From the human T2T-CHM13v2.0 reference genome, Homo sapiens: a stretch of DNA of 64,000 bases. The DNA lies in the NCBI RefSeq assembly GCF_009914755.1, contig NC_060927.1, one strand, 5' to 3'. The first letter of the stretch is position 1; every line of letters begins with the position of its first letter. The translations under genes and the position numbers were made by a program. This document shows, piece by piece, positions 43,791 to 56,722 of the stretch. The notes beneath the pieces were generated by a model. That model worked only from the letters and a program-made list of their open reading frames with translations. It had not been told where the DNA came from and did not search any database.

Positions 43791-43964
43791 ACTATAAGTA
43801 AGGGAACAGAAAGGAATTAGGCCAACATAGAAGAAAAATTTAGAAATTACTAATCAATAACAAAATAAATTCAAAACCCGGCAAGAATTAAAGGAGTCAC
43901 CTTTAATTCTCTAGAAGCCAACAAAGATTCATTTCTGGCATATCTTTGGAAGGTAGACTTTTCA

Positions 43965-44125
43965 CACTTAAGTGCATAAAAGAATCACCTGGAGAGATTG
44001 TTAAAATGCATATTTCTGGCTCTGTCCTCCAGGAAACAGGTTTGGGGTAAGGTTCCAAAATGTACACTTTTTAAGTACCCAGGTGATGAATATTCAGGTG
44101 GTATAATAACTACATTTTAAAGACA
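43965..44125. mobile_element. MER5-type hAT MITE
   Basis: agaatcacctggagagattgttaaaatgca...cccaggtgat. Confidence 0.65.
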
Positions 44126-44589
44126 AAGACACTAAGAGTTCTCCCATGAACTAAAAGAAAAAATGATGTAGAAAACCAATTGTTTAAAAAGTTCTAATTT
44201 CAGTTGGGAATTACTCTACCTGCTTCTTGGTTTGAACCTGTCATTTTCCAGAATCACCAGGACCTCCAGCTCTTAGGACAGGTGTTGCCCTGCCGCCAAT
44301 GAGCAGAGAGTGGTGCAGTCTCTGGCTACACACTCCTCCGTGCACCAGTGCCAGGCCAGAGATGCAAATGAGACGTGTAGAGAGTGGGTCTAGGCTGAAG
44401 GGAGCTGGGCACTCAGTGCCAGACAGTTTGTGCCCTGGAGGAGAGTGGACTTGGGGTTGCCAAACTTCTGATTTTTCAAGACAAGTTGGAAATCTGTATT
44501 TTTATGTAAAATCTCCCAAGTTTTCAATCTTAATTTCTTTAAAAAATAATGCAGTATGACATCAGTGAAAAATGAAAGGTCATGATTAC

Positions 44590-44800
44590 GGACACTGACC
44601 CTGGAGCCACACTATCCGAGTTTGAATCCTGGCTTTACCATTTACTGATGTGGGCAAAGTACTTAACCTTGTGTGCCTTCACTTGCTTATCTGGAAAATG
44701 GGGACAAAAACAATCTCTACTTCACGGGGTTGTGGGGAGGATTAAATGGATAAGGCGCTTAGAATAGTGTCTAGCACATAGTGAGCCATAGTAGGTAGTT
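44590..44800 (+). mobile_element. MIR SINE
   Basis: gtttgaatcctggct...gggcaaagtacttaacc...ctggaaaatgggg. Confidence 0.75.
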
Positions 44801-45647
44801 GCCAGCAGCAAAAGTACCTCTATCTTCATCAAAATTATGATTAATTTTGTCTTCAGGCCAGACCTGTCCCCCAGCCTGCAAATACATTACAAACAGGTAG
44901 AAGAAGGATAGGTTATAACATCAGACCACAGATTATAGTCTTGTCTGCTTCTAGCTGTGTGGCTTTAACTTTCTGAGCACATATTTCTCGATCTGTAAAA
45001 TGGGCATAATGTACATGGCATAAGAACAGAATTAACACATGCAAAGTGCCTGGCACCTGGGGCATGCTCAATGGGTGCTTGGGACTGAGACCTCTTATTG
45101 CAACTACAACTGTCCAAACTCGGTGACAGCCTTTTCAATTAGGAGGCAGTAAACTGTTAGGATGATAAGGAGAAAGAATAATTTCATTTGAAAATTTTAA
45201 TTAACCTATTTTAATAGAAACTGGATATAACAGGAAAAGGGTAGTGCCACTACATATGAAATGAGATGCACTCAATTTAACGCTGAGTGTCTACATGTTT
45301 ACAAAAAAAAAAAAAAAAAAAAAAAGTCCTGCCAATGTTCCCAGACAATGCGTGAAGATGGAATATTAGCTCTCTGGGAAAATCTCTTAGTAATTTTAAT
45401 TTCCTGGAGGAAAAAAAAAATCCCTTCAGCAACGAGATCTTACTTTAAATTATCCAAGTATTTGTTTTTATTTTATATGCTTTCCATATCTTCTTCTCAG
45501 CTCAACAGAATCTGAATCTCATTCTCTGAAAGAAAATGGAAAGTCCAAAAATGAGCTGCTGGCACAGACACACGGCAGACTCAAGAATTCACAGCCTTAG
45601 TCATGGTTTTGACTCTGACACATGCTGTGATTTCAAAAAAATCTTTT

Positions 45648-45942
45648 GTTGGGCATGGTGGCATGTGCCTGTAATCCTAGCTATTTAGGAGGCTGAGGAA
45701 GGAGGAGTGCTTGAGCCCAGGAGTTAGACACCAGTCTAGGCAACATAGTGAGACCACATATCTACAAAAAATTAAAAATTAGCCGGGTGTAGTGGCACGT
45801 GTCCATAGTCTCAGTTACTGGGGAGGCTGAGGTGGGAGAATCACTTTAACCTGGGAGGTTGAAGCTGCAGTGAGCTGTGATTGAGCCACTGCACTCCAGC
45901 CTGGGTCACAGAACGAGACCCTGTCTCAAACAAACAAACAAA
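45648..45942 (+). mobile_element. AluJ-like
   Basis: Two-arm consensus with (CAAA)n tail. Confidence 0.93.
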
Positions 45943-46275
45943 ACCTTTCATTTAATTTACCAAAGATTTAGGAGCACAGCCACCACTTTCTTACTAAAGG
46001 TTACCAGTGAATCCAAAGAGGACAGGTAGAATGGAATACTGGAACAAGATGGAATGGGGAGACAGGGAACCTGGTTTTCCCATTGTTCAGTGGTGTAACA
46101 GGTACACAGTCCTTCAGGGTTCTCATCTGCAAAACTGGGAAGTTAATATATGGATTGCTTCTCTCTCAAGATTTTCAGGAGGTTTATGGAATACACATAA
46201 AAATCGTTTGTAAAACAGAAACGAACATGAATGACATTTTTATTAATAGTAAATCAGAAGCTTCCAAGCTTTTAT

Positions 46276-46310
46276 ACACACACACACACACACACACACA
46301 CATGCACACT
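46276..46310. repeat. (CA)n microsatellite
   Basis: Direct reading. Confidence 0.9.
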
Positions 46311-46876
46311 CACTCACTCTTGGGGACTTTTCAAGGTGACTTCAACAACATAAGCCAAGTCAAAGAAGATTTCTGAAGCTCGTTTTAAATTATACATGCT
46401 TTTAGGTTTATGTGTATCTCCCACTGTGTACAACCAATCATGATCTCTGAGGCTCCATAAAGCTGATGAACTTGATTTAAAACACAAATAGCATACTAGG
46501 TGTGCACTCAGGCTGTGGAATCAGACTTTCTGGGTTGCAGTGGCAGCTCTGACCCTCCCTCACCAGTTTTGCGATACTGGACAAGGTATTTGACCTCCCT
46601 GGTATATGCATAAAGAACTCAGCAAAGTGCTTGCCATATAGTCCATACTTGAGAAACATTAGCTCTTATAGAAATGATTATCTCTTAACTTTCCAAAGCA
46701 ATGCTTTATCACTCTCTACCAACAAAAAAGAAGTGTCAGCAACCTAATGTTTAAGAATATCAGGGATTATTGGGAAAAAAAAAAGCCTAGAAACATGATT
46801 AAGAAATGTTTTGATGTCTCTCAGAGGTGTTCATGAATGAATCTGTTACTTTTTAGTTGTGGTGATTTGTTACACA

Positions 46877-47171
<295 letters not shown>

Positions 47172-49362
47172 TTGTTACACACTTTCTAAGTTGTCTCTAA
47201 TAAACACAATATTTTTGCAAAAGTCTTTGTTTGTGTATATATCTGTGCTTTGGCCAACAGTCTAACTCTACCTTCATTAAGCCCACATAGGAAGTGTTCT
47301 TTCTCAAGGGCTCTTTTTAGGTCAATAATTTGGGCACAATTTGTAGAAGACTGTCCCATTGCTTTGTGTTCACAGTCAGTTCCATGGTGAGCATCTGGGA
47401 TGACTGCTCACTGTTCAGCTTCTGCCTTAATCAATGACTGCAGAAAGGAGGGGTGGGCTGCCTTCCCAGATGCTTCTGGCCAATAGGCTCCTTGATCTTT
47501 TGTCTGCACAGTCCCAACGTTACTTAGGCGTCTTAGTGAGACATACCTTCTTCAAAACACTCAAGCAAAAGGCAGCTAAGATAGAAACAGCAGCAAGTTA
47601 TTAAAAATATCCTGGTAAATATAATATTTAATGGCTTCATAATATTTCTACATTTTGATATGATGCTCGTGCCTTTATCATAGCTGGCCCAAGCAGAAGC
47701 CGACACCTCATTATGCCACTGTCACTTTACGTGCAAACTGGCTGGTGGATTCCTATTTAATGTGGTTCAGAACACAAAATGCTTTGATACCACTAGTTTC
47801 ACATACTTATGGACTGGGTAGTGTTAATTATTTGAAAGATTTAGCATGAGTTAGTGTATGACAGATTGTCAGCTGTCGCAGGTACACTGTTGTAAGTGAG
47901 GGGACAGTCAACGTGCTCCATACATTGTGAAGAGGTCCCATCACGTGCATATCTCAAGGCCACTTTTTCCTCAGTGCACCCTATTGGCCTTCTTGGTATC
48001 AGACAAGAACGTGAGGAACACAATCAGGTGTCACTTGGCTTTCTGTTTTGTGTGGAAACTAATCATCAGACTGATTTTGGCCATGATGATCTGGGCCCAC
48101 AAGTTGTTCTAAGATGCCAGGATTTCAAGTGGGGATTTTATGAGGTCAGATTTTCTGAGGCATGGCTTCTAGAGAGAGAGATTGATAGTAGTTAGAAACA
48201 GGAAATTGCATCTAGACTTACAGTAAACTACCTCTACTTTGTTCCTTCTTTCTACCAAAAAATCTATTTAATAAATAGAGGACAAATACAGGCACACAAG
48301 CTTCTTGGGGACCACCCAATCTGCTTGGCAGAACTGTTTTGCCGCACACTACCCCCAAAGTCTTCTGTTTCTGTGACCACAACTATGGTTTAGGTTATAC
48401 CATGATTTGCTATTCTTATTTATCAAAATATCAAGGCATTAAAGTATGAGATTTTTTTGAAAGAAATGTTAACATGTTTCATGATCTGTTTTCATTTTGG
48501 TAAGGGCCACTATAAACAGATGAAAGATTCCTAAATGAATGAAAACAGCTGATTTCAATTAAAACATAGGTACAAGGTGGCAAATTTCTTCTAGATATTA
48601 CAACTATTGGGCAGGCACTGGCCTAACCCATTCTAATTGAGAAAACAGAAATTTTCATGGAGTCAAATTCATACAGCTAAAAGGGGAAACTCAGACATGA
48701 TCCAATCCTAGCGAGTCATTTTACATATGGATGAGTTAGGCATAATGTTTCTAAAAAGACAACTACCAAGAGCCAAGCCAGGGTAACAAACAAATCTCCT
48801 CTGTCTTTACCTAACACTTCTTGCACAGATGTTTGGCTATCCTACTGCTATGACAATAAACTCATCCAAAAAATTTTATTTCCATTTGATAAATTTTAGT
48901 CCTCTGAGCTTAGCTAATAAATTTTAAAAAACCTAAGTGAGGCCCATACAGGTTGCAAACAGCATTCATAAATAACAAACTTTTCCTAAATATTCTGTTA
49001 GAGTTGGTAGCACAGGGGAAAACAGTCCACTCATCTCCACCTTCATTGGAGCTGATGCTAATCAAACAATGACCAAAGTATGATAATGTGAGAAAAGGCC
49101 ACTATGGGAGAGGATAATCTCATATGTTGAAAACGGATAACTTATTCATGGCTATAACTCTAAAATATTAAAGGCAATATTTAAGTACAATAACAACAGA
49201 AGAAACAAGGTGTTCGTCTAATCCACAACACTGTAGACTGAAGTTACTCCTATCTTACTCAGCTGTTACATTTGGAGTTACTATGTAAGGTCAAATCTTC
49301 ATATAGTAAAAAATATTCTTGAGCTCTTCTGGGTCACTGCACTAACCCAAGGAACACGCAAC

Positions 49363-49481
49363 ATTATTATTATTATTATTATTATTATTTTTTTTTTATT
49401 TATATTTTTTGAGACAGAGTCTTGTTCTGTCACCCACACTAGAGTGCAGTGGTGCAATCTCGGCTCACTGCAATCTTTGCC
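49363..49481 (-). mobile_element. Alu 3' fragment with (ATT)n tail
   Basis: gagacagagtcttgttctgtcaccc...ggctcactgcaa. Confidence 0.88.
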
Positions 49482-50220
49482 CTTCAGGGAACACACATCA
49501 TACCCTGCAAATGGTACCCCCTGGAGTTGTGCAGTACTCAGCCTGTATGGCCTTACCCAAAGGCCTTGTCCTTGAAAATCCCTTCATAAAATACAACATA
49601 CCTAAGCTCGGAGGTAGACAGCCCTGAATATAGATAAAATATATATAATATAGTCAGTAATACATAGGCTATATAATATAGAATGCATATATAGATATAA
49701 TGTTAGAATTTTACTTTTCCATCTTTCTCCCTTTTAAGGCATATAGCAATTTTGCATAAGTTAACTGAACACATAATATCCTTCCATTATATCTCTGCTT
49801 TCAAAGATATAAGAGGATGCTGCTGGCCTTCTATACAGCATCAACTGACATTAAACTGATAAAACACATTCTCATATTTTGCTTCATAGCAACCAGCCAT
49901 AATGATAGAGATGCTGCAAGTTACCCCCCCCAAAAAAAATCAATGAACAAAATACAGATATTTATATACATATATCATTTTGAAGAGAAAGAAACCATGC
50001 TGATTTCTCGTTTGCCTTCTTCATACATTCACCCCCAGCTCCTTTAAGGTATTCTGATGAAGTTAAAATATTCTTGTAAAGGGGCATGAAAAGAAGACCA
50101 GGGAAAGGACCATCTCTTCTGCAAGCACTGTGTGGTCCAAGTTTGAATTTTGGCGACTCTACAAAATCCCTCCTGAGAACAGCATCCTTTTCAAAACTCT
50201 ATGCAAAAGCCTCCTCGTCA

Positions 50221-50535
<315 letters not shown>

Positions 50536-51924
50536 TCACATCCAAATCTCTAGGCACATTAAAAAAAAAATTAAACTAGAAAACCAGAACAAACTGTATT
50601 TTATTTCTGGAGTGGGTTAGAAAAGATATCTTTCCTATCCAGCTAGACCCAGTAATTTCAGATGGGAAGAGGAAAGCTGTATTGTTTTAGTGCAAACAAC
50701 CTACTAGGGTTAAAAACAAAGGAGGCTATGCTGAATAGTAAACCTTCCTCCTCATTACATTTGAATATCAATTGGTCATCTTTTTACATATATGCACCAG
50801 CATAATGCTGAATCCAATTTAGAGCAAGCCTCACAGAAGATTAAAAAATTCATTACTGCCGGCATCCTTACAGGCCTAAAAAGTTGAGGTCACTTTCCCT
50901 TAATAAGGGGACTCGTCAAGAGGGAACCAGGGCAATATTTAAAAAGGAGGACAGTAAACCCCACGTGGCGCCTCTTTAGCTGAATGGCAGGCTTGACTCT
51001 CACAGTCATGCGGGGTAGGAAAAAACCCTTGCCAAGCTTTAACAGAAAACCCTGTGTCAATGGTGGCACCCAGTATGGGTCACTCTTCCAGTAGTGGCCC
51101 ATCTTCACTTTCAGCCACTCTTTCCCAGTTTGATTTAGGACCCACTATAGTGTGCTATGTGACTCTCACTTGTACATAAATAGATTTTTACATTTTAATT
51201 TTTTTATTTTAATAGATACATATATTTTTAATTTGCCATAGAGAAATCTCACTGGTAAGTTATGATACCAATATAAAGTTTGCCTTTAGAATTTAAGAAA
51301 AAAAGCAATACTTTAAAAAATTGACTTATTTTTCACTTAAAGTTTAAAAAGACAGTTTTATATAATAAGAAATTAATCAGCTGAATACATAATAGGGATG
51401 GTAGTAATAAGAGTTTCCTTTTGAAAAGTTAAAAAGTAAGCTATTTTTTTAAAGTTATTTTAAAGATAACATTAAATAAATAATACATGTTCTCATATGA
51501 ACAAAATCACAAAGGGTGGTTCATCAAGATCAAAGTTTGAAAAACACAGTTGATAATCAATAATATTCAGCGGCTACATAATAAAAGACATCAACCTTAG
51601 AATGCCATCGATCCATTTACCACTTCACATCTTTTAGAGTAAGGCCAGGAAGACAGGAAATGATTCTGAGATGCTGGATCAATCCTAACTAATGTTTGTA
51701 ATTCTATGCTTAGTAAAACAGAATTTGTAAATAATAATAAATCCTGTACACACTGTATCTTCCCAAGGATCCAACCCCATTGTCTAACCTCAGTACATAG
51801 TTACATAACAAACACATTTTATTACACAAGCACCAAAAAAAAAAAAAAACACAAAAAACCACAAAAGGAGACGGTAATAGCCTGGTCTCCGTGAGACATA
51901 CAGATAATAAAGAATTTGCTTCTC

Positions 51925-52221
51925 AGCAGGTTACAGTGGATCATGCCTCTAATACCAGCACATTGGGAGGCTGAGGCGGGCTAACCACATGAGCTCAGAA
52001 GTTCAAGACCAGCCTGGGCAACATGGTAAAATCCTGTCTCTAAAAAATATACAAAAATTAGCCAGGCTTGGTGGTACTCTCCTGTAGTCCCAGCTACTTG
52101 GGGGTGCTGAAGAGGGAAGGATTTCTTAAGCCTGGGAAGTCAAGGATACAGTAAGCAGAGATCGTGCTACTGCACTCCAGCCTGGGTGAAAGAACTAGAT
52201 CCTATCTCAAAAAAAAAAAAA
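51925..52221 (+). mobile_element. AluJ-like
   Basis: Diverged two-arm Alu; TSD ttgcttct. Confidence 0.92.
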
Positions 52222-52249
52222 TTGCTTCTATCAGGCTTTATTCTTATAA

Positions 52250-52560
<311 letters not shown>

Positions 52561-53664
52561 AATAAGGTTTCTTTTTTAAGATAAAAAGTTTTAAAATTTT
52601 TTAAAATGTTTTTTGAATCATCAAAATTTATAGAGATACACACCCACTTTCTTTGAGAGGAGTGTAATAGTCTGTATCAGCAGGAAAACTCAACATACAC
52701 ATTTTTTTAAATGCAGTACATGAAAGAGCATCACGTTCAAATTTGAAGGGTGCCAGGTAGAAACCTGATACGCACATTCTGGTGGCTTATACTCAACTCA
52801 ATCATTCAAGTGTTTTCATAGGAAGTAATCTATCCTTATCTTCAAAAATCTTCTTTCAGGTTTCCAACTTACAGGCGCTAGAATTGAGTCGAATCAGCTT
52901 GAAGAAAGGCATTCCACATGTGTCTTTAGGGGCTAACACTTGAGCAAAGAAGAAATTAGCACGTGTCAAACAAGAAATGCACTTAATCTTGCATTTCTAC
53001 AGTGGTTGTATCAAAGGATGTCTCATGCCTTCATTGAAGGTGTAAGTAACTAGGCCAAACTGTTAACTTTCTCATTAACTGAAGACTCTTTAGTGAAGTT
53101 TAGGAAAGTATGATGGTTAACTATTTTAAAAATAATCTGCATAGTGAGAAAAAAAGGAGAGAGACAAAGCTCTAATGAATTTAATTTTCATTCCTTAATC
53201 ATTATTATATCACGACATCATGTACATTTTCAAGTTAGATGTTAAATTAAGGCCAATGTCTATAAATAAGAAACTTCTACTGAAAGATGTGGAACCCCTC
53301 CCTCGTAATTTTTATATGCATAATTTCCTAACCATATCACTCAGTTTCAGTGCCATTAAACTGAAGTAGCATTCATAAAATTATTAATCATTTAAAATCA
53401 ATGAAAACTTCAACATCTGCATTTATGGCAGAAATAATAAGTGCTTGGAAAATAAAAGTTCCACTTAACTTTGACAAATATGTGTGGATTTTCCATTAGG
53501 TACCTACCCTCACTTTTCAAGTTCAAAATCTTTCTTAAGTTAATAAATGATTAGCAGATTTGTTAATGCAATTACAAACAACCCAAAACAATCCACTTGT
53601 TCACAATGGTTTCCTGTTTCTGAAAATTAGTTTAACATTGAATGGAGGCAGATAAAGTAGATAA

Positions 53665-53746
53665 TATTAGATTGAACCATATGAAATTGCTGTTGTAGAA
53701 GATATAAACTGTCAAACATAAGCAATTTCACTGGCTTTAATCTAAT
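53665..53746. mobile_element. MADE2-type mariner-derived MITE (~80 bp)
   Basis: tattagattgaaccatatgaaattgc ... gcaatttcactggctttaatctaat inverted ends. Confidence 0.75.
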
Positions 53747-56339
53747 GAGTGGCCCATGAGCAATACTGCAGAGCCTTGGCACACCATATCATGGGGTAAA
53801 AGGCTTGGAAGAGACAGCTCAGAGTTGAAAGCCCACTACTAACTAACTGGCTGTGTGACTCTGGGCCAGTCTTTGTCCGCCTTTAACTTGGGATTCTAAG
53901 AGAACCTAGTTTACACCTAGAATAGCTGTTAGGAAGACAAAATGAGACGGTCTGCCTTTAACCTATGCTGAAGTCTGCCACTATGGTGAGGGTAGATAAA
54001 TGCTACCTAAAGTTGCTATCACATGTTTTCAGTCTTTAAAATGACACCCATACTACATTGTTTTGAGGATCAAAGAGATCATGTATGCAAAGTGCTGCAC
54101 ATGGTAACTGAGCACTAAGCAAGCAAACCTGTCAATAACCAAATAACCAAGTCTTCTAACACTCAGTCTCTCTAGTACTTTCTCTGTGAAATGGGAATGG
54201 TAGCACCAGCTGTAGCAACCTCATAGGATTATTGTGAAAATTAACTAATGCAGAGTTTTCAAAGGTACTCTGTAAACTATAAGGTGTTAAATATGAGATA
54301 GTGTTATAATTATCCAAATCTCTCCACTATTTCTTATTTCCCGTACTGAAACCTACAACCTTTACAGAAAAGATTCTGTCTAGTGGTTTTCTAACTGCAG
54401 AGTGTTCAAACTTTCATACGCCACTGTTTCAAAATAATTTGGATTAGTGACCAACATTTAAAATTAGAAAGCTTCTAGTTAAGTCTGGATTCTCAATGCT
54501 GTTTGACAAACTGTAAAGTCTGGTTCCAGGGACTCCATCTCTTATAGAGGATGTTGAAAAGCAAGTATGTGTCTAAAGCCAATTCACATGAACATACTAA
54601 ATCAAGGATTTCTGCAGAGAAATTTTTGCTCCTCCTCTTGGTTTTGCCTGACCCTTGACAGACAAAGATCTTGGACCCCATCTAGAACAGTGCCCTCAGG
54701 CTGCTGCAATGCAAGGGCATAGGCAGATACAGGGGCATGAGCAGAGGCATGAGTAGATGTAAAAAAACCTTAAACTTCAAAAAGTCTTCAATAATTCACA
54801 GATTAGCCTTTGAGTGAATTGATTTTTGGAGAGCTTGCTTTCGGCCCTGGGCTTTTGGACAAAAACTCTGGCTGTCTTATTTCAACTCTGGCTGTCTTAT
54901 TCTGCTGTGAACTGCCCTTACCGTGCAGCAATGGGCAGGATGGGTCATGCTTGCTCCAGTTTGCCACAGTCACCAGTGGTCTTCTTTGCCTCTATGCACC
55001 CTCTTACCTGACCTGTCTGGCCCCTCAGGCATTTGAGTTCATGACTCTAACCTTCCAGAAAGTATTCCACCTTTGCAATGGTTTGCACTCTCATCACAAT
55101 CAAGCAAAGTCTAGCCACAGCAGAAACACAAACCTTACAAAGTCTAGCCATGTAGAAACACAAACCTTACAGACAGTATGCGCGACTTAACAGTATTAAA
55201 TAAAAATCATCTGAAAAATTGTAAGTGATTAAAAACTTAATTGGGGCTATCACTTGGCAGGCTGCACAGTGTCTAGGAGCCGTGAGGCTGATTATCCCAC
55301 AGGCTCTGCGTTATCCAACACACGTTTCCTGCAGTGGCTGGGCTCCCTCCCAAGTGGAAACTTGTTCTCTCTGCTGCTATTTTCAGAACTGGTTCTACAA
55401 CAAATCTCAACAGGGAGGGTAGCCAGGGAGGAAAGCGGAGGGCAAAGGAGGACTTAAGAGGAAGCCACTGCTGGCCTTAATTAACAAGCAAAATCTCTGG
55501 CCAGGACAAAGCCAAAGAAAATATTTTTCTGACACACATTTAAAAATTAATAGGCACTGCAAATCAATTTTTAGGGCTTTATAAAATATTTAAGGAGGAT
55601 TGTAACCCTGGAATTTAAGCTAGGATGAATCAAATCTATATGGCTTTCAAATTATACAAATTTACTATTCATTCATTCATTTCCTTACAGAAAACCTTTT
55701 TAATGCCAGGCATGGGAAATACAAAGTAAAAATTGGACTGAAACACGATCTTCACAACCATTCTATATGGCATACATCAGTTTTGTCAAGCTTCAATGTG
55801 CAAACAATTAAATTACATTAAGTAATGATCAGGGTGGGCCTGAGATCCATGGATCACACTGTTTGTGTAGCAAAGCCATTTGGGACAGAGAAAATCATTC
55901 CTCTTTTGCAGATGACAAACATAGAGGCCCAAAGTGGCAGAAACGCCTGCCATGGAGTTACATGGCTGGTCCAAGGTAAATGGGGGTGGGAATTGGGGGT
56001 ACTTGTCTGTCTTCTTCCTATGAGACAAGCTTTTGCAAATAAGCCTGAGAACAGGATGGTAGTGACCACCTATGGCTGGGAATCTACAGCATGCATTTTC
56101 AACGGGGCAATATCACCCCCAAGGGGGCAAAAATTGTTTTCTTTTTTGAGGGGGAGAGAGGTACAAAAACCTTACTCTCTTTATGTATAGTGCAAATATG
56201 TATAGAGTACATGAATACATGGACATCCAGCATATCTGATTTTGCCTTGGCCTCACGGTCCTGAGTGGTCTGCCCCATGCCCACTCTCCAAGCACTTGTC
56301 CTGATTGCCTTCACCTTGTTCTTTTCACTCTGACCTCAC

Positions 56340-56722
56340 TGGTTGCCTTTCAGCCCCCAGCATGTAAACTGTGCCCCCTTCCCCCATCTCACAGCTCTTG
56401 CACCCACTCCTCCCTCTGCTCCTCACCCTGTTACTACCTGCTCATCCTCAGCAACAGTATCTCTGACCCCACAGACTAGATCAAAGCTGTCCTTATCAGT
56501 TCTTATATGTTCTCAAGGAACCACATACCTCCCCTTCCTAATGCCCTTTATTGTATATAGCAGACTGTTTAATTAATCAGTACCTGTCTTCACCTCTAGA
56601 CTATAAACTCAAAGAGGCCAGGAGCCACATCTGATTTTGTGTACCACTGTGTTCTCAGGCCTGACGCAGTGCCAGGCACATACCATTACCCGGTAATTCA
56701 CTGCAGAATGAGTAAATGAATA
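56340..56722 (+). mobile_element. L2 3' fragment
   Basis: tctagactataaactc...cagtgccaggcacata...gaatgagtaaatgaat. Confidence 0.6.

Noticed and set aside
50955-50975. CCACGTGGCGCC as a CTCF or E-box site
   Set aside because: Single motif with several mismatches to the CTCF consensus; not supportable from sequence alone
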